From the NCBI RefSeq assembly GCF_009914755.1, contig NC_060926.1: 64,000 bases of DNA; one strand, given 5' to 3'. The stretch's first letter is position 1, and every line of letters begins with the position of its first letter. The notes beneath the pieces were generated by a model, which saw nothing but the letters and a program-made list of their open reading frames with translations, was not told where the DNA came from and searched no databases. A program made the position numbers and the translations under genes. This DNA is from the human T2T-CHM13v2.0 reference genome, Homo sapiens. Positions 47,846 through 64,000 of the stretch are shown one piece after another.

Positions 47846-48356
47846 AGGAGCTGGCCTTTCTTGGGAGACTGGGTTAGTTTAGGTGAGCTCAGCTCAGGAT
47901 CTGTTCAACTTCTTCTGTTGTGTTTGTGAAAAATAGAAATGACTGAACCAGAAGGCACAAATACGAACATGACTGGAAAGCTGTCAGAGGTAGGGCAAAG
48001 GGGGAGGCCACACAAGCCCTCAAGACACTGGAGGCTGGAATCCCCCTGCCAGTGCCTTTTGTGGGTTTGTTTTTAAATCCAGTGGATGCTAAATGCCCCT
48101 GTGGGGTGCGGTGAAGGCGAGGAAGGGGGGCAGCAGGGCAGGTGGCTGTATTGCTCGCTCCAGAAGACTGAGCCTCTTTTTGAGAGCGTTGCAGACAGCA
48201 TGTCATTCACGTCCGTGCTGCCCAGGGAAGGATGGGGAGGTTGGATATTACCTCCTGCCTTTCAGAGAGTGACTGAAATAACTGATTAAGAGACTGTTCC
48301 ACCTGCCAAGGGCAGTGCTGAAAAAGAGTCCAAGAGTGAGGGCTTTGTGTCTCCGC

Positions 48357-48684
<328 letters not shown>

Positions 48685-49326
48685 TAAAGGGCTTCCTCTC
48701 CACTCAGACTTGCCTAGGACCTCCAGATGTACTGTGGTGAAAATCATCCTGGTGGAGGTGAAGCTCGGGAGAAAACTCGCCAGGAAGGAAGATGTGGTAG
48801 TGAGAGCTCTGGACTGGGAGGGGGATCTTCTTGTCCTGGCTGTGCTGACAGAGGAGCCGAGGGGCTGTGGAGGGTCCCCCACCCTCTCTGGGCCTCTGGG
48901 ACCTCAACTGTGTGATCAGGGCATTTGGCTAGACAGAGGCCCTGTAAGACTCCTTCCTGTCCTAGGAGTTTATGATTTCAGCATCTGTCTCCTGGGAAGG
49001 AGAGCCTAGAAAACACGACAACCTGTTTGTTGTGGGTCCCTGTGTGTGTGGCTGCATCTGGACTGTGTGGGTGCCAGTTAGCTACATTGTCTTCCTCTAG
49101 CCATCTGCTCTTGGACTCTTCCCTGCTTGTGGGCAACCTCACAAAAGGCTGGATAGCAAGAGGGAAGGAAGAGGCGCTGACCATACAGGCCTCTGGTTGG
49201 GAATGAGGTTAGACCGCCACCAAAGTGAGTAGGGAGATCATTCATTGATGGCTCAGGGGGCCCCACCCCACCACAGATGGGGCAGGTTTGGAGGTGTCCC
49301 CCTGACTGGGGGGTTTAGTCCCATGA

Positions 49327-49764
<438 letters not shown>

Positions 49765-50475
49765 TGAGGAGATGCTTCCACCACGTGCTGTGTTCTGGCC
49801 GGAAGCAGGGGCTGTTGCAGAATAGCTTCTGCCCCTCAACTTCCCTCCTCTCCCACTCTGGGGTTCCAGCACCATGGAGCATAAAAGCCAGTTTGGAGGG
49901 AGGACTGTGCATGCATATAGATATGTGTGTTTATGTGCGTGTGTGCATGAGTGTGTGGTGTTCCTGGCTTTATGTGTGTGCCCTGCGACCCTCCAAGCAG
50001 CCTATGCATGGCTCTGTGGTGTACCAAAGCCAGGCATGGCAAGGATGCATTTGATTCCACACCATGGGGCCCAGGAAGGCCGCAGCCCTTTATTTCTCTG
50101 AATGAAATTGAATCTGCTCCGAGCGCTCCTCCCACTGTGGGGATGCAGGACCGTAGTCATGAGCAAAGCAATGCCTCGGCCTCCAGAACATTTGTGAGAA
50201 GCCCTCCCTGCCTTCAGTCCTCCCTGTTCAAGTGCCTTTTATTGAAGGTGTTGGCTTTGTGTCAAGGACCCAGACAGGTCCTGGAGGGGGGTGGGCTTCC
50301 ATACAGCACTGTCAGAGCTGAGGGCTGGCCAGAGGCCACATAAAACTGGCTTTTACTGAGTGGTTAGGATTCCAGGCCAGGGTGTTACCCCGGGAAACCC
50401 TGCTCTGAGGCCATGGAATGGCACCCTGCTGCGGGTGACGGTGGACCGTGATGGTGTGTGATGTGGGGCCCCTAG

Positions 50476-50709
<234 letters not shown>

Positions 50710-51416
50710 TAGCAGCTGTGGAGGGGCTGTGGCTTCAGGGACATGGGGATCCCTGCTTATTTCTCAGCCTTCAGCCACTGAGGTAGGAGGTAGCCACCCA
50801 TTTCTCAGATTGGAAAACTGAGGCCTAGGGTTTCCTTATTTGTAATCTTTGAGAATGGAAACAATTAGAATCCCACATGCCCATGTGTCGGCCTGCATGG
50901 TCCTCTGTACTCAAAATGCCTAAGGAGGGATGGAGCGTCCAGGGCCAGATCCCCAACTCCAGGGCAGTGGTAGTATTTCCCAAAGCGTTTCTTTCATGGC
51001 TCTGTGGCTTGGTCTAGCTGGGTCCAGAGAGGCAGGAGGCTACATTTGTTCTCATGTGGAGGCTGTGCCCTGCCCTTGGGAGTGGGCTGCTCCAGTGGGG
51101 GTGGGGTGGGGATGAATACGGAGGACGCTGTTTTGTTAACACAGGGGCCTGGGCTGTGTGGGGAGCATCTGCCTTCCTGCATGTGGCCTGGGGTCTCTGT
51201 TTCCTCTGCAAAGTGAGGCATCCAGAAAAAATACAGTTACATTCTCCCAGGTTAATTAGAGCCTCAGTCAGCACTACTGTGCTTCTCATGGTACCTATTT
51301 CTCACTTGGTAGTTGCAAAGATCAAATCAGACATTCTTTGTAAAAGTGCTTTGAAGACAGAGTGTACACATTTCCTATGGTCATGATAATGATGGGATTA
51401 ATAATTGAGATGATAA

Positions 51417-51829
<413 letters not shown>

Positions 51830-52589
51830 GTATGTGGCTGCCTGTTGTCTGAGGGGCGGGGAAGTCAGGGAAGGTAAGGCAAGGGGAGAGGCTCTGGGAT
51901 GTGAAAGAAGGAGGGAAGGGTGCAGGGAGGGAGGGAGGGAAGCAGGCAAGTGAGGCTGCAGGGGGTCCCTTGAGATGCTAGAGGACAGGGTGATGGGTCA
52001 GAGGTTCTGAGTGAAGAAGGGGCCCATCTCAGACTTCACAGCAGGTGCTTCCCACTTAGCTGGGGGAGGAAGACCCCTGCTTCCCTGTGCCGGGCATCCG
52101 GCTTCTCTCCCAACCTTTCATCGGCCAGGCCGGGGGAATGCAGGGACCTCTGGCTGGAAGAGGAGGGGGCCGTTGCACTCCAAGGCTGGGGAGCACACCG
52201 TGTCTGTGGGAGCGCCCCGGGAGACAGGGCTGCAGAGGCAGCCTGAGCATGGGCCCTGGAGCTCCTGTCACCCCCAGGAGCAGTGTTGCTTTCTGATGAA
52301 ATGTGGGCCAGTGAGAAGAGAAAGTCGCAAAATTTCATTCTCCAGCTTGCCCCACTGGACCTGCTCCTGGGGAGGGGAAGGTATTGGGTTCCTGTTGGAG
52401 CCTTTCTGCAGATTTGTTTTCCCTGTCATTAAACACCCACACTAAAAGCAAAACCAAAAGCATTTCCCAAGCTGCTTCTCCCGCACAGCAAAAGGCCTCT
52501 CCACCCCATAAGTGGATCATTACACTGATGCGTGAGGTTTCTCAGTAGCCCCAGGGGCCTGTTGGACCAGCTGGGAGACCTTTAGTAAT

Positions 52590-52820
52590 TGCACCATAGC
52601 ATACTGCAAAGGGTGAGATCCTGCCCAGCCACATTGCCTGGGTTCACATCCTGATTGTCACTTCACTTCTCTGTGTCTCAGTTGACTCATCTGTAAAATG
52701 GAGATAATAATGGTGTCTACCTCATGAGGTTGTTATGAGAGGTAATTGAATTGACTCACGAAAGCGCACTTAGAAAGGTGCCTGCCCATTCCTGACATTC
52801 ACTGAGTGCTTACTGTGTCT
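52590..52820 (+). mobile_element. MIR
   Basis: MIR core ctcatctgtaaaatggagataataat. Confidence 0.75.
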
Positions 52821-53384
52821 ATAATTAACTTAGGAGAAATGAATTGTATTTTTTTTTTCTGGATGCCTCCCTTTGGCTCAGCTTCCTCACCTGCAGAATA
52901 GTGATGATAATAGTAGCTAATGAGGTAGATGTGAGATAATGGATAAAAGGTGCTGGCATGGAGGGACAGGCAATTGATCACTGTCAACAAGAACCAGGGT
53001 CATGGCTTGTGCATCTGAGTCCGCTGGGATCTTGCTGAAATGCAGATTCTGGTTCAGATGTCAGTGCTGCTGGTCCATGGACCATGCTGAGTAGGGAGAG
53101 TTCTGATGTCCCCCACTGTGTTCCACTGGGGTGAGACTCTAGGGGACAAAAGGGTCAGTGCTTCCTGATGGAGTGTGGACACAGAGGCCCTTAGAAAGAG
53201 GTGCCATTCTGACAGGTTTCTCTTATAGAGCTCAGGTTCCACTTGTTATGGTCACCAACTCACCCATGAATCCCTCTTCTCCCTCCTGTCTCAGTTCAGT
53301 TCAGCAAACATGCATTAAGCTCCTGCCAAGCACCAGGGATGTGTCAGGCACAGCAGGGCAGTGGGGTTGCCACAGAGAGGGAAT

Positions 53385-53806
53385 CAGGACTCCAGCCAGG
53401 ACACTAGGTAGGGAAGCACCAGGGGCCTGGGGCGGAGAAGGCAACCAGCCAGCCCCGAGGGGCCTGGAACATGCAGCTCAGCTTCCCTGGGATTCTGCAG
53501 AGGGACAGGCAGGTGGATGAAAGCTATGTCCTTCAGCTCTAGTCCCATCCCTTCCGTCAAGCCAAGCCCATTCAGCAAGGAGTCCTTACTCCCTGCCTCC
53601 ACTTTCTTGCCTTCCATTTCCCCTCTGCCCATCGAGTGTTGCTCTTGTTTCTGCCTCACCCCAGTACTGTTCTCTGTACATTCAGGCCTTTTTTTTCTGG
53701 AGATACTTAATGATCACTCTTTTCGTCATTATGGATACAGCAGTGAAAAAGAAAAATGAAGCCCCTGTTGTTTTGGAGTTACTTCCTAGTCAAGGGAGAC
53801 AGATAA
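53385..53806 (+). repeat. Diverged direct duplicate of 54444-54882 (3' end of exon 14, its donor and the start of intron 14)
   Basis: Colinear match over ~420 bp, from caggactccaRccaggacacYagGTAGGG to acttcctagtcRagggagacagataa. Confidence 0.93.
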
Positions 53807-54296
53807 CCTGGTCCCCGCCCACAGGGAGCTGGCAGCCTGATGGGGGCCCTAAGGGTGCAACTGTACTTCCCCGGGGACAAAGACAGCGCTACCTTGGGCA
53901 GTGGGTGGGATGTCTAATTCTGCCTGTGGGGCTGGGGAAAGAAGGAAGAAGAGACACTGGTTAGGTAGGACTTTTCTAGGTGGAGGGAAGATGGAGAAGA
54001 GTACTTAGACAAAAGGAAGGATGTGTGTGCAGGAAGCTCCCAAGAACGGTATGCATACGGTGTATTGGGGAACCTCGTGTAGCTTCATGTCACTTTCCTT
54101 CCCTCTCCCGTTGTTGCTGTCACCCTGTTCGTAGAAAGTGAGTGCTCTTTCCTCAAAGATTCCCCTCAGCTCACATGGGGACAGGTATTTTTGGAGCCCC
54201 TGGCTGGCATGAAGCATGGGTCTGCAATGGTAGATCCATGTTTGCCAGCCTGGGGACTCCCACACCACTATCCTGAGACTGACCCCTGGGCCATGA

Positions 54297-54467
<171 letters not shown>

Positions 54468-54937
54468 TAGGGCAGGGCCAGGGGCCTGGGGGCAGAGAAG
54501 GCAACCAACCAGCCAGCCCTGAGGGGCCTGGGGCACACAGCTTCAGCTTCCCTGGGATCCTGCAGAGGGACAGGCAGGTAGGCGGAAGCTATGTCCTTTC
54601 CTTTCAGCTCTTGTCCCATCCCTTCCATCAAGCCAAGCCCATTCAGGGAGGGGTCCTTACTCCTTGCCTCCACTTTCTGGTCTTCCATTTCCCCTCTTAC
54701 CCATTGAGTGTTGCTCTTGTTTCTACCTCACCGCAGCACCATTCTCTGTAAGAACATTCAGGCCTTTTTTTCTGGAGATATTTAATGATCACTCTTTTTC
54801 TTATTAAGGACACAGCAGTGAATAAGAAAAATGAAGTCCCTATTGTATTGGAGCTTACTTCCTAGTCGAGGGAGACAGATAATAAATAAATAATTATGGT
54901 AATTTTAGATACATATCAGGGATATAAAGAAAAAATA

Positions 54938-55155
54938 GGCCGGATGTGGTTGTTCATACCTGTAATCCCAGCACTTTGGGAGGCCAAGGCAGGAGGATTG
55001 CTTGAGGCCAGGAGTTGAGACTGGGCAACATAGTAAGATCCTGTCTCTACTTAAAAAAAAAAAAAATGCTAGGGGTGGTGTTGCACACTTGTAGTCCCAG
55101 CTACTGAGGGGCTGAGGTGGGAGGATCTCTTGAGCCCAGGAGGTAAAGGCTGCAA
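54938..55155 (+). mobile_element. Alu (AluJ-like, 3' truncated)
   Basis: Sense Alu lacking the end of the right arm. Confidence 0.85.
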
Positions 55156-56716
55156 TGCAATGGAGTTGGTGGGGGGGCTGCTTTAGACTGAGGGTTCAGA
55201 GAACCTTTTTTAAGAGTGACATTTGAGTTGAGAGCTGAACGGCTACACGGAGCCAGCTCTTTGAGGATCAGGCAAAGCAAATGTCACAGAGGCCACTGGA
55301 TGGGAACAAGCTTGGTGTCCAAGGGTGGGGACGGCCAGCCTGGTGGAGCACAGTGAGTGAGGGGTGGGGGTGAGGGTGGGCAGCAGGCCCAGGTCAGAGA
55401 CGTTCTCCTAGGCCAAGGTCAGGAGTTGGGATTTTGGATGGTGTGTGATTGGAAGTCATTGGAGTGTTTTCTTAGTGGGAGTATGAGGAGGTGTTGGAGG
55501 ATTTTAAGCAGGAGAGCGAGAGGATCTGGTTGACTGTCTTCAAAAGCTAGGGCTGGAGCCCAGTTCCTCACACTCCTCAGTTCAGGGCTTATTACTACCA
55601 CATCCATTTGGATGAGTGTGTAGGTCTCCACCCCTCACTCCATCCTCGCCCCAACTGGAGACCATGTGGCACCTGTCAGGGCTCCAGAGGCCATGCCCAC
55701 CCTGGATGGGTGAGCTCCAGGCCAGACATTCTCGTAGGGTACCCACGTCTGAGGGTGCTCCCTGAGGGATGTAGTGCCTGCGGTTCCTCCCATTCTCCCC
55801 TGCTGCAAACTGTGCTGCATGGCACCTCCTCGGACGTGCCCAGGAGCAGGACCGTGGGTCAGATGCATGTGTGTGCTCCAGCAGCCCCGCCCTGCCTGGG
55901 GTCCACATCTGCCTCCCTCCTGCACAGCCTCTCAGCATGTGGCAATTTCTAGATTTCTAATTTTTATCCATCTAATGGGTAAAAATGATAGCTCATCATT
56001 GTTTTAGAGTGCTTTGACCCCCTGCTTATTAATAATGAGTTTGAGTGTTTCTTTACATGCGTGTTAGCCTTTATAATTAAAAAAAAAAGCCTCTCTGGCT
56101 GCCGCAGGACTGGTAGTGAGAGAGAAAGGCAGGAGGAACAGCAGATGATGGCTGCCCCACAGTCCAGGCAAGAGGGGCTGGAGGCTCAGACTGGAGAGTG
56201 GTGGGTGGCTTCGGCCAACAGCCAACAGGATGGCAGAGCCAACAGGATGCAGGTGGTAAGGGTTTCAAAGACGAACTGAAGATGCTCTTAAGTTTTTACC
56301 CTGAACAATGGTGAATAATAGTGCCATTTGCTGAAATGAGGAATATCAGTGGAGAAGTGGAAGGTTTTGCTTACTCCTGCAAGAATGGCCATAATCAAAA
56401 AACCAAAAAATAATAGATGTTGGCGTGGATGTGGTGAAAGGGAACACTTCTACACTGCTGGTGGGAATGCAAACTAGCACAGCCACTGTGGAAAACAGTG
56501 TGGAGATTCCTTAAAGAAGTAAAGGTAGAACTACCATTCGATCCTGCAATCCCACTACTGGGTATCCATTGGGTATCATCATATGAAAAAGATACTTGTT
56601 CACGCATGTTTATAGCAGCACAATTCTCAGCTGCAAAAATGCGAAAACAGCCCAAATGCCTCATCATCAATCAACGAGTGGCTAAAGAAACTGTGATATG
56701 TATGTATGTATGTGTG

Positions 56717-56757
<41 letters not shown>

Positions 56758-56931
56758 GAATACTTAGTCATAAATAGGAATGAATTAATGGCATTTGCAG
56801 TGACCTGGATGAGATTGGAGACTATTACTCTAAGTGAAATAACTCAGGAATGGAAAACCAAACATCGTATGTTGTCACTCATAAGTGGGAGCTAAGCTAT
56901 GAGGATGCAAGGGCATAAGAATGACATAATG

Positions 56932-57241
<310 letters not shown>

Positions 57242-57447
57242 TTAGGGACTCAGGAGGAACTAGTGGCAAGGGGGTGAGGGATGAAAGGCTGCAAATAGGG
57301 TTCAATGTATACTGCTCGGGTGATGGGTGCACCAAAATCTCACGAATCACTACTAAAGAACTTACTCATGGAACCAACCACCACCTGTTCCCCAATGACC
57401 TATGGAAATAAAAAATTAAAACAAAAACAGGCAAACAAAACATTGCC

Positions 57448-57755
<308 letters not shown>

Positions 57756-58480
57756 TCACAAATCACATAGCCATTAAACTTGGAGCAAATACTTTGAAGA
57801 GTGAGTTTAGGGGGACTGGAAGAATGGGATGAAATGTCTATAAACAGCTATTCTTTGTGTAGCATCTACTAGAGCATCTACTATATAATAAAGTGTTGTG
57901 TAACTCTGCCATGCAACGAAAAAAAAAAGGACGTAGAAGGTTTTGGTTTGCTTGTTGGTTTTAAATGGTTGTTAGAGGGATGGAAATCAAGGTCTAAAGT
58001 CTCTCCAGATCTGCTACTCCTCTCCATTCTGACCCATCCCTTACACTAGATGATGGTGACTACATTTCCTTTTCCTTCCTAGAACTCTGTCCTTCCTGGT
58101 TTCCATGGCACTGTACTCCGGGGATTCTCCTTGTCCCTCTGTGACCATTCTGCCCCTGACTGCCACCTGAGTGTAGGTGCTGCCAAGGTGTCTTTAGTCC
58201 TCATCTCCCTCTCCTGGCTTTTACTTCTGGTGGCTCCAGCCACCAGCAAAGTTGGAGGCTTCTCAATTCTTGCCCTCCACTCCAGACCCTTCTTCGAGCA
58301 TCAGTCCCCATTTCTAAAGCCTCCATGGGACCCACCATCTGATGTCCTACTGCCATCTGCAGTGCTGAGTGTCCCTAAATGAACTCATTGCCTCCTCTCC
58401 AAGTCTGCCTCTCTGTGTTCTCTCTATCATTAAAAGTGACTGTTATTTACTGAGCCACCCAAGAGGCACAATGGGGACTC

Positions 58481-59354
58481 CCATACTTCATTGATTTCAA
58501 GACACACATCCTTCCCTGGTTTTAATATTTTTAAAATTGGCATGTATCTTACAATGACAGGCATTTCACAGTTGCTGTTGGGCTTCAGTTGGGCTAGGCA
58601 GTGATTAGGACATAGGTGTTTTTGTAGTTTTAAGAGATGGGGTCTTGCTATGTTGCCCAGGTTGGAGTGCAGTGGCTATTCACAGGTGTGATCATTGCAC
58701 ACTACAGCCTTGAACTCCTGGGCTCATGTAATCCTCCTGACTCAGCCTCCCAAATAGCTGAGACAATAGGTGTGCACCACTGTGCCCAGTTTATGATGTA
58801 GTTATACTATCTGCACCTTCACAAACTTAGTCAGTGTTGCTCAGAGTATTATTTTCTGAATTAAATTTTCCATTGTAGGAACTACACTATGAGCCTTTCT
58901 TTGTAAATTTTTAAATTTATTTTCAGAAGTGATTTTTGGATGCTCTCTGGAGAATCATTGAGTTTAATCTGTTTAAAGTTTCTTAGAAATATTACACTAT
59001 TATTTGCAATTGAAATGAATAATTATTGTATATGAGAAAAGGCATGGCAACGTCAGTGGATATCCATTAGATATCAATGAAGCAAACTCTCACTGTGGAA
59101 GGAATGACCAAGTCCCACATTTTTTGCAAAGCAATCACTAAGAACTTTACCTGACCTAAGGAAGAAAAATACCGACAAGCAATGCTATCTTCTGTTTCTG
59201 AGATAGCACATAGAAAGATTGCCCTCACACATGGGGCAGTGTCATTGGAGGCTATGGAAATCACCAGTTTTTATTTTTCTGATTTTCCTTAGTGGAAAAT
59301 AAAGTAAGGGCACCTTTTACAATTAATGGAGTCTTAAGTTTGAATGAAATATGA
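58481..59354. mobile_element. TcMar-Tc2 (Kanga/MER104-like) DNA transposon remnant
   Basis: Degenerate terminal inverted repeats ccatacttcattgatttcaagac ... gtcttaagtttgaatgaaatatga. Confidence 0.6.
58619..58789 (-). mobile_element. FAM-type fossil Alu monomer
   Basis: Single monomer retaining the 7SL-derived segment gctattcacaggtgtgatc, which dimeric Alus lack. Confidence 0.8.
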
Positions 59355-60322
59355 TTTAAGATTTTAGATGCTTCCTGCTTCACTTCCCACCAGCTACCAA
59401 ATCCTGTGGTTTCCATCTTCTCAGCAGCTCTTGGATCTGACTGTGCTTCCTTATCCTCACTGTACTGCCTGATTTCAGGCCTGCACCATCTTTTTCCTGG
59501 ACTATTATGGTGGCCTCCTAATAAGTCTCCTGGCCCCTAGCCTTGTCTCCACCAATCCATCCTCCACACTGCTGCTAGAGACATTTTGACTGATGTACAA
59601 ATTGAATCATTCTTCAGCTTCCTATTGCATGCAAACTGAAGCCTAACTCCTTCATGTCTCCCTAAACAGGGTCCTGTGTTCTCCTCTGGCCTGTCTGCTT
59701 CCTGTGTCCAACCTCTGCTCACTATTCTCCAATATATCCCCCTGCTGACATGTCACACTGTGTTATAGACCTAAATAACCCTGTTCCTCCGACGTATCCC
59801 AAATCCCACCCAACTTGTGAACTCCTACTTATCTGTTGAGCCCCAACGCAAGGGTCACCTCTTCTATGAAGCCCTCCTTGATTCCCTCACCTGCCACCAC
59901 TGTTCATCAGGTAGATTGACTACACCCTCCTATATTGTCCCGCTTTACCCTTTCTGGGACTTCTAAATGTTCCATATTAGAACAAAATTGAGTACACTTT
60001 GGTATAGCCATTCAACGGAATATTTTGTAGCCATTAAAAAGGATGTTTATGGAGAGTTTTAAGGGACTTGGGAAGATGATTAATGAATGATAAAGTGAAA
60101 AAGCTGAATACAACTTGTATATACATTCTGATATCAACTAGAAAGTAAATGCCACAGAAAAAAGACTATAGGAAAATATGTAAAAATTTAATAGGGATTT
60201 TCTCTTGGTAATGGGATTATAGATGATGTTTATTTTATTAATCTATTTTTTAACTGGGTAGGGATTGCTTTTGTAATTAGAAAAAGTATTAAAAACTCTC
60301 TTTAATTAGGAAGATTATGTAA

Positions 60323-60523
<201 letters not shown>

Positions 60524-60748
60524 TAAGTGGGTCATGGCCTTTTGGGGGTGGGGGTGACAGTGCTGAGCCTGGTAGCCTTCATGTGGGTCAGGGGAGTGGG
60601 GAGTGGATTCCAGAGATGTTGATTTCATCCACTACTCCTGATAGGTGAGATAGATGTGATTTCTGTCCTCTGTGCTCACACCTGGTTCTAACCTCACACT
60701 ACCCATGTTCCTTGAGCCTCCCTGGGCCTCCATGCCTTCATCTGTTAA

Positions 60749-61054
<306 letters not shown>

Positions 61055-62327
61055 TAAGACTTCTGACAGAGGCATCCTGCTTGTCCATGGCCAGGGGTGG
61101 CTCTGGGGTGGACATATGGATCTGGGGTATCGCTGAGACCTAGTTGGGGCTGCATTACTAATAGATGAATTTGCAGGATGTGTTCCCCCCAACCCAAATC
61201 CCAGGGAGACCAAATCCTGGGCTTGGGAGCATCTGCCAGTAGAAGTTGGTTCCTGCAGTCCCAGCTGAGTGGGCGGGGTTCCACTAGCATCGGTGGTTGG
61301 ACTCTCTGTGTGAGCTCAGTGTTTCCTCGTTCGCTTAGACCAGCAGATCCTTTAACCACCAGAGTGGCCAGCCTGGGACTAGTTCAGAGGCCCAGCCTGA
61401 ACTAAGGCAGATGAGAAGACATGGACTGAGGGGCTGGGAGGAGGGGGTGTGGGGTTGCTGGGAGCAGTTAGAAACCAAGCAGGAGTCTGATGGTCACGCC
61501 TGTGCTTAAAACTGAAGCCCTTCTGTAATGTCCTGGGCTGATCCCATCTGAACTCCTTAGCAGGGCACTAGGGAAGCCCCATGCCCACTTCTTCAAAGGT
61601 AACTTCCTGCCTACTCTCCCACTCTTCCTGTCTCGGCCTGACCAGAGCAGCACCTGGGATAAGCAAAACATGAGAGCAGCTGGTATTCATGACCCTCCAC
61701 ATCCTCTCTCCCTGCTGTGCCTTTGCTTATCCTAGACACCATCTGCACCTAGAACATGTCTATTGGTTCTGCAAGATTCAGCTCACCTGTCACTTTCTCC
61801 AGGAAGCTCTACCACTCTGTGTCCTCATGTCCTCAGGGTGACAGGCTGGCCTGTTCTTCATACCTCTGTCAGCCCCGTTGATGTATCTATCTTCCCTTGG
61901 TCTGTGAGCTCCTAACGGCAAAGGCTGTGCTCTCATCTCACGGTTCTCAGTGCCCAGCACAGCTCTTGGCTCTCAGTAGACAATGAGTGTGGAATGCAGG
62001 AGTGAATCACAGAATGAGGGACAGTGGGCTCTGCTGGATGGGACCTGGGTGTAGGGCATGAGCCAGTGACCCAGGCTTGGAGCTGAAGGTGGGAGACAGT
62101 AGTTCTGCACAGAGCTGTTCTTATGCTGGCTGGAAGGGGCTAGGGGGCTGTGATGGGCATGTGATCCCAGTGTAAGAAAATGGGGCTTTTTACAATGTCC
62201 CCAGTTGCTGGGGGAGTGTGAGCAGAGCCTAGCCAGCCAGGGATCAGGATATAGGAGCTGGGCAGAAGGTTGGCTGTGATGACCTCCAAGGTCTTTCCCC
62301 ACTCTTACATTAAATGTGCACCAGTTG

Positions 62328-62628
<301 letters not shown>

Positions 62629-62717
62629 TGTGTACCAGTCATTCTTTTGTGGATAGCCACTTCCTCACTCTGACTTCCCCCATTGCTTACATATCTTCTG
62701 AAAAGAGAAAAAGGTAG

Positions 62718-63260
<543 letters not shown>

Positions 63261-63559
63261 TGAGTGGGCAAGGGCACCGCCTCCTGCCGGCAGCTTGGAA
63301 ATGCTCAGAGATGTCTCTTGTCCTTCTAGCAGATTTACAGTGAGGAGGGTAGGAGGTAGAGGTGGAGGATACTGTGGTGAGGCCTTGGGTTGCTTCTGGG
63401 GAGCTAGGTGCATCATGTTTGGGGGCAGAGCATGTGGCTGGACAGGTGACTTGGCTGTGATGGCTGGACAGGTGTGTTAGGAGTAGGTACAAGCCCTTCA
63501 TAGGCTGAACACTCAGGTGGGTGCCTGCTTCTTGGTGGACTGAGGCTGCTGACAGTCAG

Positions 63560-63800
63560 TTACACAGCTGAGCAAAGACACAGCTCAGAGTCAGCAGACC
63601 TGGGTTTCCATCCAAGCTTCTTACTAGCTGTGTGATCTCAGGCAAATCATTGAACCTCTTGGAGCCCCAGTTGTTGTTGTTTATGGGAAAGTGGGGGTGA
63701 AAATGTGCTCCATGGGTTGTTAAGATCATTCAGTAAAAATGATTGCAGAGCAACTAACAAGACGCCCTGGACACTTGGCATGCAATGAGTGCTCAATACC
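63560..63800 (+). mobile_element. MIR
   Basis: gagtcagcagacctgggtt...cttactagctgtgtgatctcaggcaaatc...gtgctcaata. Confidence 0.7.
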
Positions 63801-64000
63801 TGTTGGTTCCTCCCCTCTTCCCACCCTTTTGAGGTGAGCTCTTCATTTTTGAGAGTGCTGTGGCATAGGTCAGGGACGCAGGAGGAGTCTCTGCTGAGGT
63901 CGCTCAGTTGGGCCAGGTGAGCTCCAAGCTGCCTGCACTGTGGGAGTCCTGCCCAGCCTGGGTTCCCATGGGCTCTTGGTTTCTGTTTCTTCAATAGGTC

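Noticed and set aside
56498-56895. ORFs resembling the L1 ORF2 C-terminus
   Set aside because: Truncated, interrupted L1 remnant; not a functional gene.

Overview
This is human (primate) genomic DNA, rich in Alu, L1, L2, MIR and LTR repeats. It contains most of one + strand protein-coding gene, which I recognise as TOGARAM2 (FAM179A, chr2p23; TOG/HEAT-repeat Crescerin/CLASP-related microtubule regulator). Sixteen GT-AG coding exons splice with consistent phases into one open frame of 806 codons, from ATG 22427 to the donor at 63113/63114; the rest of the CDS lies beyond the window. A probable non-coding first exon ends at 9141, and exon numbering below assumes it. No tRNA, rRNA, CRISPR array or second convincing gene was found, and I see no wholly new gene system. 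The best leads are: (1) a ~420-bp duplication that copied the end of exon 14 and its donor into intron 13 behind a good acceptor, making a candidate poison exon; (2) a 1.8-kb intronic UG repeat with ~65-70 UGCAUG and ~30 GUGAGU motifs; (3) a uORF overlapping the start codon; (4) an X-box-like plus forkhead motif pair at the putative TSS; and (5) three unusual retrotransposition events (an L1 3' transduction, a retroposed polyadenylated MST LTR RNA, and a twin-primed L1). Repeat family names and boundaries are by eye and approximate.
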